This document shows positions 52,676-64,000 of a DNA stretch of 64,000 nucleotides, one piece after another. The stretch's first letter is position 1. Each line of letters opens with the position of its first letter. This DNA comes from Camelus ferus (Eukaryota): contig NC_045696.1 of NCBI RefSeq assembly GCF_009834535.1, forward strand, positions 81,718,001-81,782,000. The letters run 5' to 3'. The position numbers and the translations under genes were made by a program. Under the pieces are notes generated by a model, which saw nothing but the letters and a program-made list of their open reading frames with translations, searched no databases and had not been told where the DNA came from.

Positions 52676-54442
52676 TTAATGTTTTGTTTTTAAAGTTGAG
52701 GCACTGTGCCTAGCCCCATATCAGAGCAGCAGGATGGCCTCAGTGAGGTTTAGGAGATTAGAGAAAAGTTTTCCCAGTAATTCATGAGAGTGGAATTATG
52801 GCGGTCATAATCGCATGTAGAGAGATGGGGGATAATACAATCAGGTACCACACGCAGGGCTCTCACACACTTTGACCAGCCCAGTCCTATTTGTGCTTGT
52901 TTCTTCAGAGACTGGAGATCCCAGCAGCCACAGCCATAGGTGCTTTGTCATGGAAGGAAGTTCCTGGTCCCAGTGGATGACTCAGCCAGGCCAGAGAGTT
53001 GGCAAAGACTGAGCTGGTCATTCTCACCTCTGAAGTGCCAGTGGACTAAAAGGGTTCAGTTCAGTTTGGTTGTTAATTACACACCCTATGAGACTGGAAT
53101 CACACATAATAAAGCCAACCATACTGTGGCCTCCCAAATTCAAGAGAGGGAGAGAGAGAAACTCTGCATGTCGTCAGTTGAATCTATTTGCTTGTTTATA
53201 ATCCAGGTGTTAGAATTAGTAATTTTTAAAAAAATCTATGGCATTCAATTAGAACAGGGATTAATCAGCATCCCATTCTTGAGTCAAGAAAACTAATAAG
53301 TGATACAGAGGTGAAAACAATTTTTGCTAGAAAAAAAAAGAAAGGAACAAAAAATTACTCTGCGAATGCTACATCTCTTACGTAAAAATAATTTTTAAAC
53401 TGGTATAACAGTAGGCATGTTAAGGTATTAGACTACAGGTATTTTTCCTACTTTCTAAATTGTCTATAACGATAGTTAATTATCACTTTTATAGTAATAA
53501 GAATTTTTAAGGAAAAAGAGTAACACTGAATTTCTGAAATCGATCAGTTCTACTGATTATGGTAAATAGATCTTTTCTGGTATCTGGAAGAGAATCTTAC
53601 AATCGCTTAAGAAATTGATTTTAATTAATGCCGATCCACCTTTCTAAATAAAAGAGAAAAGAATTGCATTTTATCTTCTCGCCCTGAACACACTTAAAAA
53701 TTGAAACAACCCTTTTCAATCAGTAATGTTCTGTTTAAACAGGCACTTTATCACCATTAATTCCGACAATATGTTCTGTTGGTAGGAACATATTAATTAG
53801 TAATTTTGTGAGGTACAAGTTGAGAAAGCACTCTGTCATTTGTGGGTTTTATGGAACAGACTTTCATGCAGTTGGACTCCTATATAAACCTCCCAGGACA
53901 GTCATTCAGCCAGGCAGTTCCTAGCATGAAAAGCAACAGCTCACATCCTTCAGCTGAACAGGGCCACACGCAGGGAGAACTATTTATATCAGAACTAAGC
54001 ACTATTATAACAGAAAGGAATTGCCACTCTTTCTGCTTAGGTGTAAGGAGAAGCTTAAACAAGCCATTCTTATACTATAACCGTATATTTATAGCCAGTG
54101 AAAAAGCCCAGTCATTGAAATCCAACTTTGTAATTCTCCATTCAGAAGGACACTGTAGGAAAAACATCATGTTTAACTCTGTCATTTGACATTTTTCATA
54201 CCAAGTGGGTGTGTTTCCTCTTTGAATTTCAGCCAGTCTTATTACTGAGCTACTTACATCTACCATGGTGATCTGAAAATAAAACTGGCTATTTGCCCAG
54301 ATATTTCGGTGTATAAAACACAGCAAGTTAGAAGTAGAATGGGGATTTAGAACTTGAGAATTATAAATCTGAAGGGAATTTAAGTAGTTAATCCCTCCCA
54401 TCCTGCCCTTTCATTTTCTAAATTGAGACTACCAAAGCTCCG

Positions 54443-54652
54443 AGCAGTCCTGCCTGAATTGGGTTGCTGCGTTTACCAGTGACTTTAATACAGCACAGGG
54501 GAGTACTGAGATGCCCTGAGGGAGCTCCTCCCTATATTCCAGATGTATCCTCTTTGCCTCCAGTGTGTAGCACAACCCAATTTCCCTTTGATAGTCAGGA
54601 CCAATCAGCTCAGCCAATACAGTAACCCCCTTCCTCCCATTTTGATTCAGAA
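54443..54652 (-). mobile_element. Isolated ERV-L internal fragment, dUTPase-like region
   Basis: ORF 54429-54656 contains KGVTVLAELIGPDYQREIG, resembling the ERV-L dUTPase stretch KGVTVLAGVIDPDYQGEIG; no flanking LTR seen. Confidence 0.75.
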
Positions 54653-54739
54653 ACATGAGTCTTGCACAAGATTACAAACCTAAGCAGTGGAGAAGAGAGG
54701 ACTAGAATCAGGGCTCCTACCTCTCAACAGATAGTGATT

Positions 54740-54990
54740 AAACAACATTTGCTGATGCTTTCTATCAGCCCTGCATTGTCTAAGCAAGTTCCATGAAGCA
54801 TCTCTTAATTTCTTACAACACTTAATTTCTACAACAGTACTTTTAGGGAAGAGGCTATTATTATCCCCATTTTTACAAAAGGAAAAATCAAACTAAGATG
54901 TGGAGAGTTACAAGGTCATGTGGCTGATCGCTGACACAGCTGGGACTTGAACAAAGGTAGCTGGATGCCAGATCTCTACTCTTATCCACT
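54740..54990 (-). mobile_element. MIR SINE
   Basis: ctattattatccccatttttacaaaaggaaaaatcaa ... caaggtcatgtggct ... ctgggacttgaac. Confidence 0.7.
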
Positions 54991-55813
54991 AGGTCTCATT
55001 ACGTCCTTCCCATCTATGTCTCCCAATCCAGTGACATTTCCACTGCACAGGCTCAAAGAGGTCCCACCCCTTGATCTCCTTCCTCAGCCCCCAGCTCAGC
55101 TCCTGACAGAATCAGCACTTGGTAAGGGTTTGAAAAATGGGATTGAACTTCCCTAGGTAACAAAATTAGGCAACTCCAGATGCACTGTTCTTAAAATCAA
55201 TACAGAATTACATAACTCAGGGACAGTGACAAATGAAGGCTGATTGAAAACTTCCTGGCCTAAAGCCATGATATTTTAAATCATAAAATGCTTGGTCTGT
55301 GGATTTGTCTGGGTTTGTTTCTTTAGTATTTCCAATGCCCCTGGACTGGGCATCACACATACATCATTTTATATAATTGCTCACAGCAACCCTGTAATAT
55401 AAGTGCTATGATTACTCACAGTTTACACATGAGAAAATGAAAGCTTGGGGGCACCTAAGACTATGCACTAGTACAAGGTAGAGACAGGCTTTTAACACAG
55501 CAATGTTTTATTCCAAAGTGTGCACTTTGCTACTATAGATATAAAATGTGTGCTAACCCAGCCATTTTGATGATTTTTCCCAAAATCTTTTTATCAGTTT
55601 GTTAATATAAATATTCACATTGAAGACCCCACCCCACCCCTACTCCAGCTGTACAGAATGATCCTTAGGATCCAGCAGCTAGAAGGAAGAAGGCACAAAG
55701 GCAGTGCCAACTCAAAAGGGAGGCCAGGCCAAACTCCTCAGGAGAGCATGGTTCTGAAGTTTCCTCTGGGATACAAACAGAAAGGATCTGGGCAACGCCC
55801 AGGCAGCAAGCAT

Positions 55814-55850
55814 TTATCTTATTTATAGCCTGCCCCCCACCCCGCCCTCT
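55814..55850 (-). promoter_or_regulatory. Candidate core promoter: GC/CACC box, TATA/MEF2 (CTATAAATAA) and GATA (AGATAA)
   Basis: Minus strand reads gagggcggggtggggggcaggCTATAAATAAGATAAatg. Confidence 0.4.
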
Positions 55851-56657
55851 TCAGCCACACTTTCCCCCTTTGCTGGGCACAGCTCAGCCCGTCTGCCTCT
55901 GCTGACGGGATGCCTGTGTCTCCCAGCTCTGATCCCTGTGGACTTGGGCTCAACTGGGCAGCAGAACCGCTCATCATTATGTGGCGGTTTCTGGGAAAGT
56001 GGACTCCACCTTCCAAAAGATGAGCCTCCCAGTGAACCCCCACAACACACCCCATTAGGAAGTCCTAGACAGCCTACATCCAGGAAGGAGACCAACCAAT
56101 TCATCTCAAAAAAGGCAGGAGTTAGCACAGCAACACACTCAACAGGCGAACTGTGCTGCATAATCCACCTGTAAACCACTGGGAAGAGCAGGTGGTGAGA
56201 ACCCACTGAGCTGATCCACCTCTCTGACTGATCAGTACTGAGAGACAGGTGAAAAGAAAGGAGTTCTTAGAGGGGCCAGACAGGCCTCATGAACACTATT
56301 TCATTAACGAGGCTCCCATTTATTCATTTATTCCTCTGGCCTCTTATAGGCCCCTCCTCTTGCTTTCCTCCTTTAGTACCTTAGTGGTCTTAGTATTTTT
56401 GTTACAAGGTTGTGATGCGAGTAGGGGGAGAGGCTGGTAGGCTATATTTCATGAGGATAATGTAGATCTTGAAATAATTTACCTGAAAAAAAAAATCATT
56501 GAATTGGTTTCCTTTGCTGTGTCTATGTTTGCCTAGGGTCAGGCAAAATCAATGCCTGGTTCCTCTAGATTTTCTAAGGAATGCTCACACAGGACCTGTG
56601 TCTAGATTCTGCTATTAAAAATACACATACAAAAAATAGGCTTATGCAGTGACTCAC

Positions 56658-56768
56658 CATTCACTGTGCCGATGTTGAAAAAGAGGATTAATGCCTTCCT
56701 CAAAGAACAAGCCTGGTATATTAGACTTGTGTGCCGTCATGCAGGGCACGTGATGCCTGAGTGATTCA
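56658..56768 (-). other. Candidate 111-nt internal exon (minus strand)
   Basis: Acceptor ...tttctgtaatacacatttcAG, donor ATG|GTGAGT, one open frame, symmetric phase 2; peptide not recognised. Confidence 0.3.
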
Positions 56769-57419
56769 CTGAAATGTGTATTACAGAAACAGCACAGCAA
56801 TTAAAACCCACCATTACACCGAGCCCTACATTAGGGGCTTTACCCCCTTTAGTCCTCCCATCAAAGGAGGCATGATTAATAAGTTTACAAAAGAAGACTT
56901 GAAATCCCGAGAGGGCAAGGTACTTTGCCCAAGGTCACACAGAGGAGACATGGAAGCCAGGAGGAAGGGAAGATAATCCCATGGACTTCCCAACTTGCCA
57001 TACTGCCTCCCAACATCTAACCCTGGTCCTTACACAGGCTGCAAGCCATCCTGAGCCCCATGGGACATTAGTTACCTATATGAGAAATGGGCTGTGGTCT
57101 CAACTAATTGTGAATAGCATATCTTAAATATATGTTATTAGCTTAAGCCTGAAGGTACAAAAACTTGGAAATGTCATGGCTTAAAAGGTAACATAATTCA
57201 ATGCTTTCACTTTACAAATAAAGAAACTGAGATCCACAGAGGTGAGCTGTCTTTTAATTCAACCAACAGCTGTAGGTTGAATTACCCACTTTGGGCAGAA
57301 CTTTGTGCCAGTTTGCACAGGGTAAACAAATACTTAGTAAAGGAGCTAAAACAAATATGCCAATTATTAATAAATAGGCAGAAGAATTATAAGGTACCAT
57401 TCTCTAGGAAGCTCTTCTA

Positions 57420-57830
57420 AGTAAATATAAAAAGTGTAGTCAAAGACGTATATGCAAGCAAATTCATTTTGCATTATTTATAATAGTCAAAATTTGGTAG
57501 AAACCCAAATGTCTAACAGTAGTAACAACAGATGAATGATTATGTTAATTATGGCACAACTATATCATGAAACATTTCACAACCAATCGAATCATATTTT
57601 ATAAGAGTATTTTAACAATCTGAGAAAATGTTCATAATATAATAATAAGTGAAAACTGAAGAACACAATATTGCATGTATAGTTTGAGCATCATGTGGAC
57701 CATTTTGCACCAAAATGTTAACAGTGGCTAGTTCTAGGCAATGGGATATGGGTGATTATTATTTTCTTGTTTACATTCCCTGTATTTTTGAAATTGTCTA
57801 CAATGAGCATGTATAAGTTTCATAAGTCAC
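57420..57830 (+). mobile_element. Ancient LINE-1 3' UTR (L1MC/ME-like)
   Basis: gcattatttataatagtcaaaa...acccaaatgtctaacagtag ... caccaaaatgttaacagtgg ... ctacaatgagcatgtat. Confidence 0.7.
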
Positions 57831-59189
57831 TAAACAAGCAATATTTTTCAAAGCAGTTGGCAGCCTCTTTCAAGGTTGCTTTCCACTGGAGCCATCGGAG
57901 AGTAACAGAACAGTAGGCTGGAAAGGAGACTGGGGCAAATAACCTGCTAAGGGCATGAACTTGATTCCTTTTGCATCAGGGATCTGTTGAAGGTTTCTGA
58001 GCAGAGGTAATAACTAGGGCTGGGCTTTAGGAGCAGCATCTGCCATAGGGCAGAGAGGATGGGGAGGAAGGAGCTGAAAGCAGAAGCCAAATCGGCCGTC
58101 AGAAGTGGTCAGGGCAGCCATGGTTCATGAAGGCTGAAGTGCGTGAGGACACTGGGAAGAATGAGGGGAGCCATGCCAGAGACACTGCACAGGCTTAGTG
58201 CTGGCCGTTTGTGGAGAAGAAAATGCTGAGCATTGGTTAAGGTTTCAGTATGGCCCCTTGGACTTCATACTGAATAAATGAAACACAGACATAGAAAAGA
58301 AAATATTGAATTAACAAACCCCAACAAAAATCATTTCTCCTTAGCTTAAAAAGCAAGAGCTGCCATCTGACTCATGGTTAATTTCATTCTGGTCACTCTG
58401 AATTGTGTTACTGACGTCACAGCTGTGCAGGGCAAGATGTAATAGAATCAATACTCTAATCACTCCTGGCCATGCCCAGCATAGCCCTCTGACAGAGGAG
58501 AAGAGCTGGCAAACTCCTCACTATTTCTTGTTTACCCTCTTCTTGCTCTTGCCTTATTTTTCTTTTTTAGCTCTGAAGTTTGCAGCTTTCCCCAATGACT
58601 ATCAAAGTCACCCCAAGGAGGGGTTAAAAATATTAGAAAGAAAGTTACTGGAAGCATGTGCACCAGAGTATTCACAGTGTCATCTGTAGGCAGTGGAATT
58701 CATGGTGACGGACACTGTTTCTTTTTATTTAACCATGCTTCTTAAGTTTTTTCCAACTCTCTATTAATTTTGGAACAAACAAAGAGTCATTTTAAAATGT
58801 AAAAAAAAAAAGTTTTTTCATGCCAAGAAAAGTTTTTTAGCAGTGGCTTGGGCATCAGAGCAGTAGCAGGAAGACTAGTGTCCAAGGTTGACTCCAGTGC
58901 CAATGTTTGCAAACAAATAATTTAAACACAGCACCTGCAACTTCAGACAAACTTATTCTTCCAATTGTCCCCTGCACTGTGGCTGCTTTTAGTCCCCAGG
59001 GCTTCCCCATTTCTCCATAGCCTTTGCTTATCTTTCATCAGAAATTTCCACTGTCCTGGAATATCTCACACGGGGCATTTGGGTTTTAAACTGCCTCTTT
59101 TCTTATGGAACAAAAACGTTTTGCCTCATTTAGGCCATGTTGGAAAGCTTGGATTTCATTTCACAGGGCATAAGGAACTATTAAAAAAA

Positions 59190-59475
59190 ATTTAATTGAA
59201 ATATACTCAGTTACAATGTGTCAATTTCTGGTGAATAGCCTAATGTTTCAGTCATACATATACATACATATGTTTGTTTTCATATTCTTTTTCATTATAG
59301 AAGGGGGAGATTATAGCTCAAGTGGTAGGGCACATGCTTAGCATGCACAAGGTCCTGGGTTTGATCCCCAGTATCTCCATTAAAAAAAAGAACTAATAAT
59401 AAATAGAGCTAATGACCCCCCAAAATTTTTTTTAAAAAGCATTAGCATGTTCTTTTTCATTATAGATTACAAGAA
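59190..59475 (-). mobile_element. 5'-truncated L1 3' end interrupted by a SINE
   Basis: aattgaaatatactcagttacaatgtgtcaatttctggtg...cagtcatacatatacatacatat...ttctttttcattatag. Confidence 0.8.
59302..59445 (+). mobile_element. tRNA-Ala-derived SINE (camelid vic-1-like)
   Basis: A-box tagctcaagtggtag, anticodon-arm-like tgcttagcatgca, degenerate B-box ggtttgatccc, A-rich tail; 21-bp TSD with one mismatch (59281-59301 and 59446-59466). Confidence 0.85.
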
Positions 59476-59568
59476 ACCTGGAAAGGCTAATATTTGAACC
59501 ACGTGGGAAATGAGCTGGAGAAGAAAGAGAAGGAAATAGGCTGAAGGCTGCAGAAAGTACCTTTAGAA

Positions 59569-59850
59569 GAGTGGTTCTTAATGGGAATATTGCTCCCTGA
59601 GAGGGGTATTCTAGAAATTTATGAGGCATTGTAACTGTCAAAATGACTGGGGGGCACACTGGCTTTTATTTGGCAGAAGCTAATAATGCTAGATGTACTT
59701 GCACAGTCTCATAAATGGAAGAATTGCCCTGCCTCTCACATGACATTTAAATGTCTCACTAGACAGTCATACAGATGAAAAATCTGTTGACAATTGTCTG
59801 AGCCCAGAACATATTCCATTTTACATGTAAATACTATGCATAAATTTTAC
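59569..59850. mobile_element. MER20B/Charlie-like DNA transposon fragment
   Basis: agtggttcttaat ... actgggggg..cactggc ... gaagaattgccctgc ... gatgaaaaatctgtt. Confidence 0.55.
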
Positions 59851-59854
59851 ATAT

Positions 59855-61175
59855 GCCATAAAGATAGACATACAAATCAATGGAATAGAACTGACAGCCC
59901 AGAATTAAACCCTTACATTTATGGGCAATTGATTTTAACAAAGTTTTCAAGACAATTCAAGAAGGAAAGTATGGTCTGTTCAATAAATGGTGCTGGGGCA
60001 ACTGTATATCCAAATATAAAAGAATTATCTCAGACCATATTAAAAAATTAACTCAGAATGGATCAAAGACCTAAATGTAAGAGTTAAAACTATGAAAGTC
60101 TTAGAAGAAAACGAAGGTCATAAATCTTCATGACCTTGGGTTAGACAATAGTTTCTTAGATATGACACTAAAAGCATAAGCAATAAGAGGAAAAAATAAA
60201 TAAATCAGGCTACATCAATACCAAAAACTTTTGCATTGCAAATGATACCATTAAGAAAGTGAAAAGACAGCCCCCAATGGGAGAGAATGGGAGAAAATAT
60301 TTGCAAATCATATATCTGATAGAGGTCTAGTATCCAGAATATATAAAGTACTCAGTGCTCAACAATATAAAGACAAATATTCAATTCAAAAAATGGGCAA
60401 GGATTTGAACAGACATATCTCCAAAGGAGATATACAAATGGCAAATGAGCACATGAAAAGATAGTCATTAGTTATTAAGGAAATGAAACGAAAACCACAA
60501 TGAGATACCAATTTACACTCCCTAGGATGGACAATAACAAGTGTTGGTGAAGATGTGAAGAAATTGGAAATTTCATTTGTGCTGGTGGAAAAGCAAAATG
60601 CTGCTGTTGCCTTGAAACACTGTCTGGCAGTTCCTCAAAATGTTAAACATAGAGTTGCCATAAGACCCAGCAACTCCACTCCTAGTATATACCCAATAGA
60701 CCCTAGAATATTTGTGTGCAAATGTTCATAGCAGCATTATTCATGACAGCCAAAAAAGTGTAAACCACCCAAATGACATCAACTAATGAACAGATAAACA
60801 AAATGTGGTATATCCACACCACGGAATATTACTCAGTCATACAAAGAAATGAAGTTCTGATATATGATACAACATGGATGAACTTTGTAAACACTATGAT
60901 AAGTGAAAGAAGCCAGACACAGAAGGCCACATATACTACTACATTTTCATGAAATGTTCGAAATAGGCCAATCCATAGAGACAGAAAGTAGATTAGTGGT
61001 TTCCAGGAGTTGGGGGAAGGGGCCATGGGGAGTTATTGCTCATGGCTATGAGTTTCTTTGGGGGTGATAAAATGTGCTGAAATTAGACAATTGTAATGAA
61101 TGTTGCAACTAAAACACTGAATTATACACTTTAAAATGAATTTTAGGACATGTGAATTTTAAGTCAATTTTAAAA
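59855..61175 (+). mobile_element. LINE-1 (L1MB-like) 3' 1.3 kb
   Basis: HKDRHTNQWNRTDSPELNPYIYGQLI ORF2-like stretch, then L1M 3' UTR: aagtgaaagaagccagacacag, catagagacagaaagtagattagtggtt, cactgaattatacactttaaa. Confidence 0.9.
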
Positions 61176-62119
61176 ATTTATATGTGCTGAATTTTTCAGA
61201 AAGACAGCTAACATACAAATCAAGGGAAAATGATACGAGGTTTAATTTGGAAGTTTTAGAAAATCACTTCATCTGCAAACTCTCATCAATAGTATTTGGA
61301 TCGCCAAGAACCCACAACTTTATCACTTGTGGCTGCTGGGATCACAGTGATTCTGGGCAAGTCAGAGTACTTCATTATATTGTGCCTGAACATTTACAGT
61401 TTGGAGAGCATTTTTATTATAAATTAATTGCCTTCTACTTCTAAGTGAGACCTACATTGATTTTTCTTAAATAATGTTTGTGGGTTAATTATGTTATCTA
61501 TGAATTTCATGTCAGGTTAAGAATGGGTGTGATTCTCCACCACATTCATAACGTAATGTGTGCTATAAAAAAAAAAAGGTGGCTAATAGTATTGAGGACA
61601 CCTGACCTATTTTCACATCAACCCCTCATTACACACATGGCCAGTCACAACTATCATTTAATTATAGCCCAAGATCTACCTCTTTTCCTCTCAGCACATA
61701 AAATTGCAGACAGGTGAAACCATAGCAGCCCCAGCTTTGGCATTTCCTTAGATTGAAGCATTCAACTGTCAGGCCTCTGCCCCTGCAATTATAAAGATTT
61801 CCCATAAAAAGCTTAAATTGCTTTCCTGTCTTGGCCCTCATTGATTCCCCACACCTCTGTAGGTTTGGGGGAAAGAGATTTTTGCTGATTGATCTAGGTA
61901 TATTTTCTCCCCTGCTCACGTTTTAAAGTATAATGTGGACATGACCACAGGAACCGCTGTTTATTCTCAAAGGATGCAATCTTCATATCACTGTTGAAGC
62001 GTCTCTGTAGGTTGTCAGGTGGGGATAACTGTTAGCATTCTTAATTTCTGAGATCTTACTAGGTGTCACTTGGGGGACATTAAAACAAATTTCCCCAGGT
62101 CAGGCTGAGTATAAAAGTG

Positions 62120-62330
62120 GTAAAGGAGCAGCCTGGAGAGAGGCAGAGAGCAGACAGAAGCCAATGTCTGAGTCTGGACCTAAGCTGGGTCATAATTAAC
62201 AAGTCACTTTGTCTCCAAACCTCTCTTTTCCGTTTGTAGGTTGGGGATATTAATACCTGATTTTCTGCCTTACAGACTTAATGACAATTGAATATGAAAA
62301 TATTTACAAAGTGCTTTATAAGGTATGTCA
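62120..62330 (+). mobile_element. MIR SINE
   Basis: aacaagtcactttgtctccaaacctctcttttccgtttgtaggttggggatattaatacct. Confidence 0.55.
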
Positions 62331-62609
62331 ACTCATTTACTCCTGTGTCCTGTGTGCCACCACTCGCCAGAAGTCCCTGGTTTGGTGCTGGGACCAAGAC
62401 AGACACAGCTCCGCCCTCATGGAAGTCAGAGACTAAAAGGGACACAGACTCTAATGAATAATGACACAATTAATTCCTATATCCCACGGAGGGCTCCAAG
62501 GGAGAAGTGCAGAGTGCGACAACAGCTTATGGGGTGTGACAGAGACAAACTCATTCACAGATCAGAGATGACGCTCAGGGTGAGGCCAGGGGTCAGTAGA
62601 AGCCACCTA

Positions 62610-63020
62610 ACCAGCAGTTCCAAGAGTCTGGTCTGTGATTTTGTTTCAAATACTGACTCTTAGACCCCACTCCCAGAGATGTGAATTCAGTAGCTCTGTG
62701 GAAGAGCCTGAGGAGCTGGGTTTGCGTTTTCGTTTTTTTAAGTTTCCTGGGTGATTCTCATGTGCAGTCAGGTGTGGGAACAACTGAGCTGGGCAAAGAG
62801 TGCACAAGAACAGAGCAGGTACATGACACAGCTAATGCAAAGGCCCAATGGAACCTTGCTGCAGATGCAGACCAGCTGCACAGGTGCAGGCATCTTCTGG
62901 AAGCTTCTTAGAAATGCAGAATCTCAGGCCCCATCTCGGACTTATCAAGGCAGACACTATATTCTAGCAAGATGCCCAGTGATATTTACATATATTAAAG
63001 TACCCAGGAGCACTGGGTAG
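62610..63020. mobile_element. Two MER5-type MITE remnants (about 62610-62790 and 62860-63020)
   Basis: ccccactcccagagat...ggtgattctcatgtgcagtcagg; cttagaaatgcagaatctcaggcccc...tagcaagatgcccagtgat. Confidence 0.65.
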
Positions 63021-63413
63021 GAGAAGGCAAGAACCCTGGCTTATATGTCTTGGTGTTCCTACCACCCAGCACCTATTAGGCACTCTGTAAATGCAGCCTG
63101 AATCAAGTTTTACAGATACAAATTTTCATTTTATGGGAACTGCCCATTTCAGAAGCTAAGACTGACAGGAAATAGGCACAGGCATATTATACTGAGGACT
63201 GTGTACAGGGGCACAGCCTTTTGAAAGGACAATCTTGCAAAAGCAAGAACATAAAAGACACACACCTAATAATTTAGTAATTCCACCTCTAGGAACCTAG
63301 GATAAGAGATGGAAATGTCTACAAAATATATGTCCACTGTGGCCTTGTTTACAAGAGCAAAATAATGAGAAGAGCTTCAATTTCCATTAAAAGATTAAAT
63401 TAATTGTTGAATA

Positions 63414-63884
63414 CCGATCTTCTTCTACTTATTAGGGGGTTACGTCCCAAGAAACTCATCATAAGTTGAAAATATCCTAAGTATAAAATGCATTTAATAC
63501 GCCTAACCTACCGAACATCATAGCTTAGCCTAGTCTACCTTATATATGCTCAGAACACCTACAATTAGCCTACAGCTGGGCAAAGTCATCTAACACAAAG
63601 CCTGTTTTATAATAAAGTGTGGAATAGCTCATGTAATTTAATGACTACAGTAGTCAAAGTGAACAACAGCATGATTGTATGGGTACAGGATGGTGGTAAG
63701 CATCTCAGTTGTTTCCACTCCGATCGCACGGCTGACTGCCACTGCCCTGCATCATGAGACAGCACTGCACCACGTATCACTGGCCTGGGAAAAGTGATTT
63801 CAAAATTTGAAGTAGGATTTCTACTGAACGTATATTGCTCTAACATCATCATAAGTCAAACCACTGAAAGCTGGGGACCGTCTG
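63414..63884. mobile_element. Tigger5/MER47-family TcMar DNA transposon derivative, end to end, flanked by TA TSDs
   Basis: ggggttacgtccc...aatgcatttaatacgcctaacctaccgaacatcatagcttagcctag...ggggaccgtctg; TA at 63412-63413 and 63885-63886; old L1 on both flanks. Confidence 0.88.
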
Positions 63885-64000
63885 TATACATAAAGTGAGC
63901 AAATCTTGCAGCTCTTGAAAATGATGTATATCTACACTTACTGCCCTATTAACTATGTTAAAGTGAAAAAAGGTAATAAAAGTGTCTCGATTTTGTAAAT

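Noticed and set aside
59302..59380. Possible tRNA-Ala gene
   Set aside because: Degenerate B-box and stems, A-rich tail and TSD show a retroposed SINE.

Overview
Mammalian non-coding DNA, probably camelid: it has a tRNA-Ala-derived vic-1-like SINE and cetartiodactyl-type L1 3' ends, and I saw no Alu, Bov-A or PRE1 elements. No host protein-coding exon is recognisable. The only ORFs with real homology are broken LINE-1 ORF2 fragments (about 49.4-51.9 kb and 59.9-61.2 kb) and an orphan ERV-L dUTPase-like fragment (about 54.4-54.65 kb). The window centres on a CpG-island promoter (about 29.35-31.0 kb) with a (GT)17 tract and a near-consensus RE1/NRSE (REST) site at 30871-30891. A second RE1 lies at 12482-12502. 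Together these suggest the 5' region of a REST-repressed neuronal or neuroendocrine gene, which I cannot name or orient with confidence. Other items are candidate alternative first exons and enhancers, a 26/28-bp minisatellite, a 14-bp perfect inverted repeat and nested transposon insertions with readable target-site duplications (TSDs). Repeat family names come from recall of consensus sequences and boundaries are approximate. I found no convincing novel biological system.
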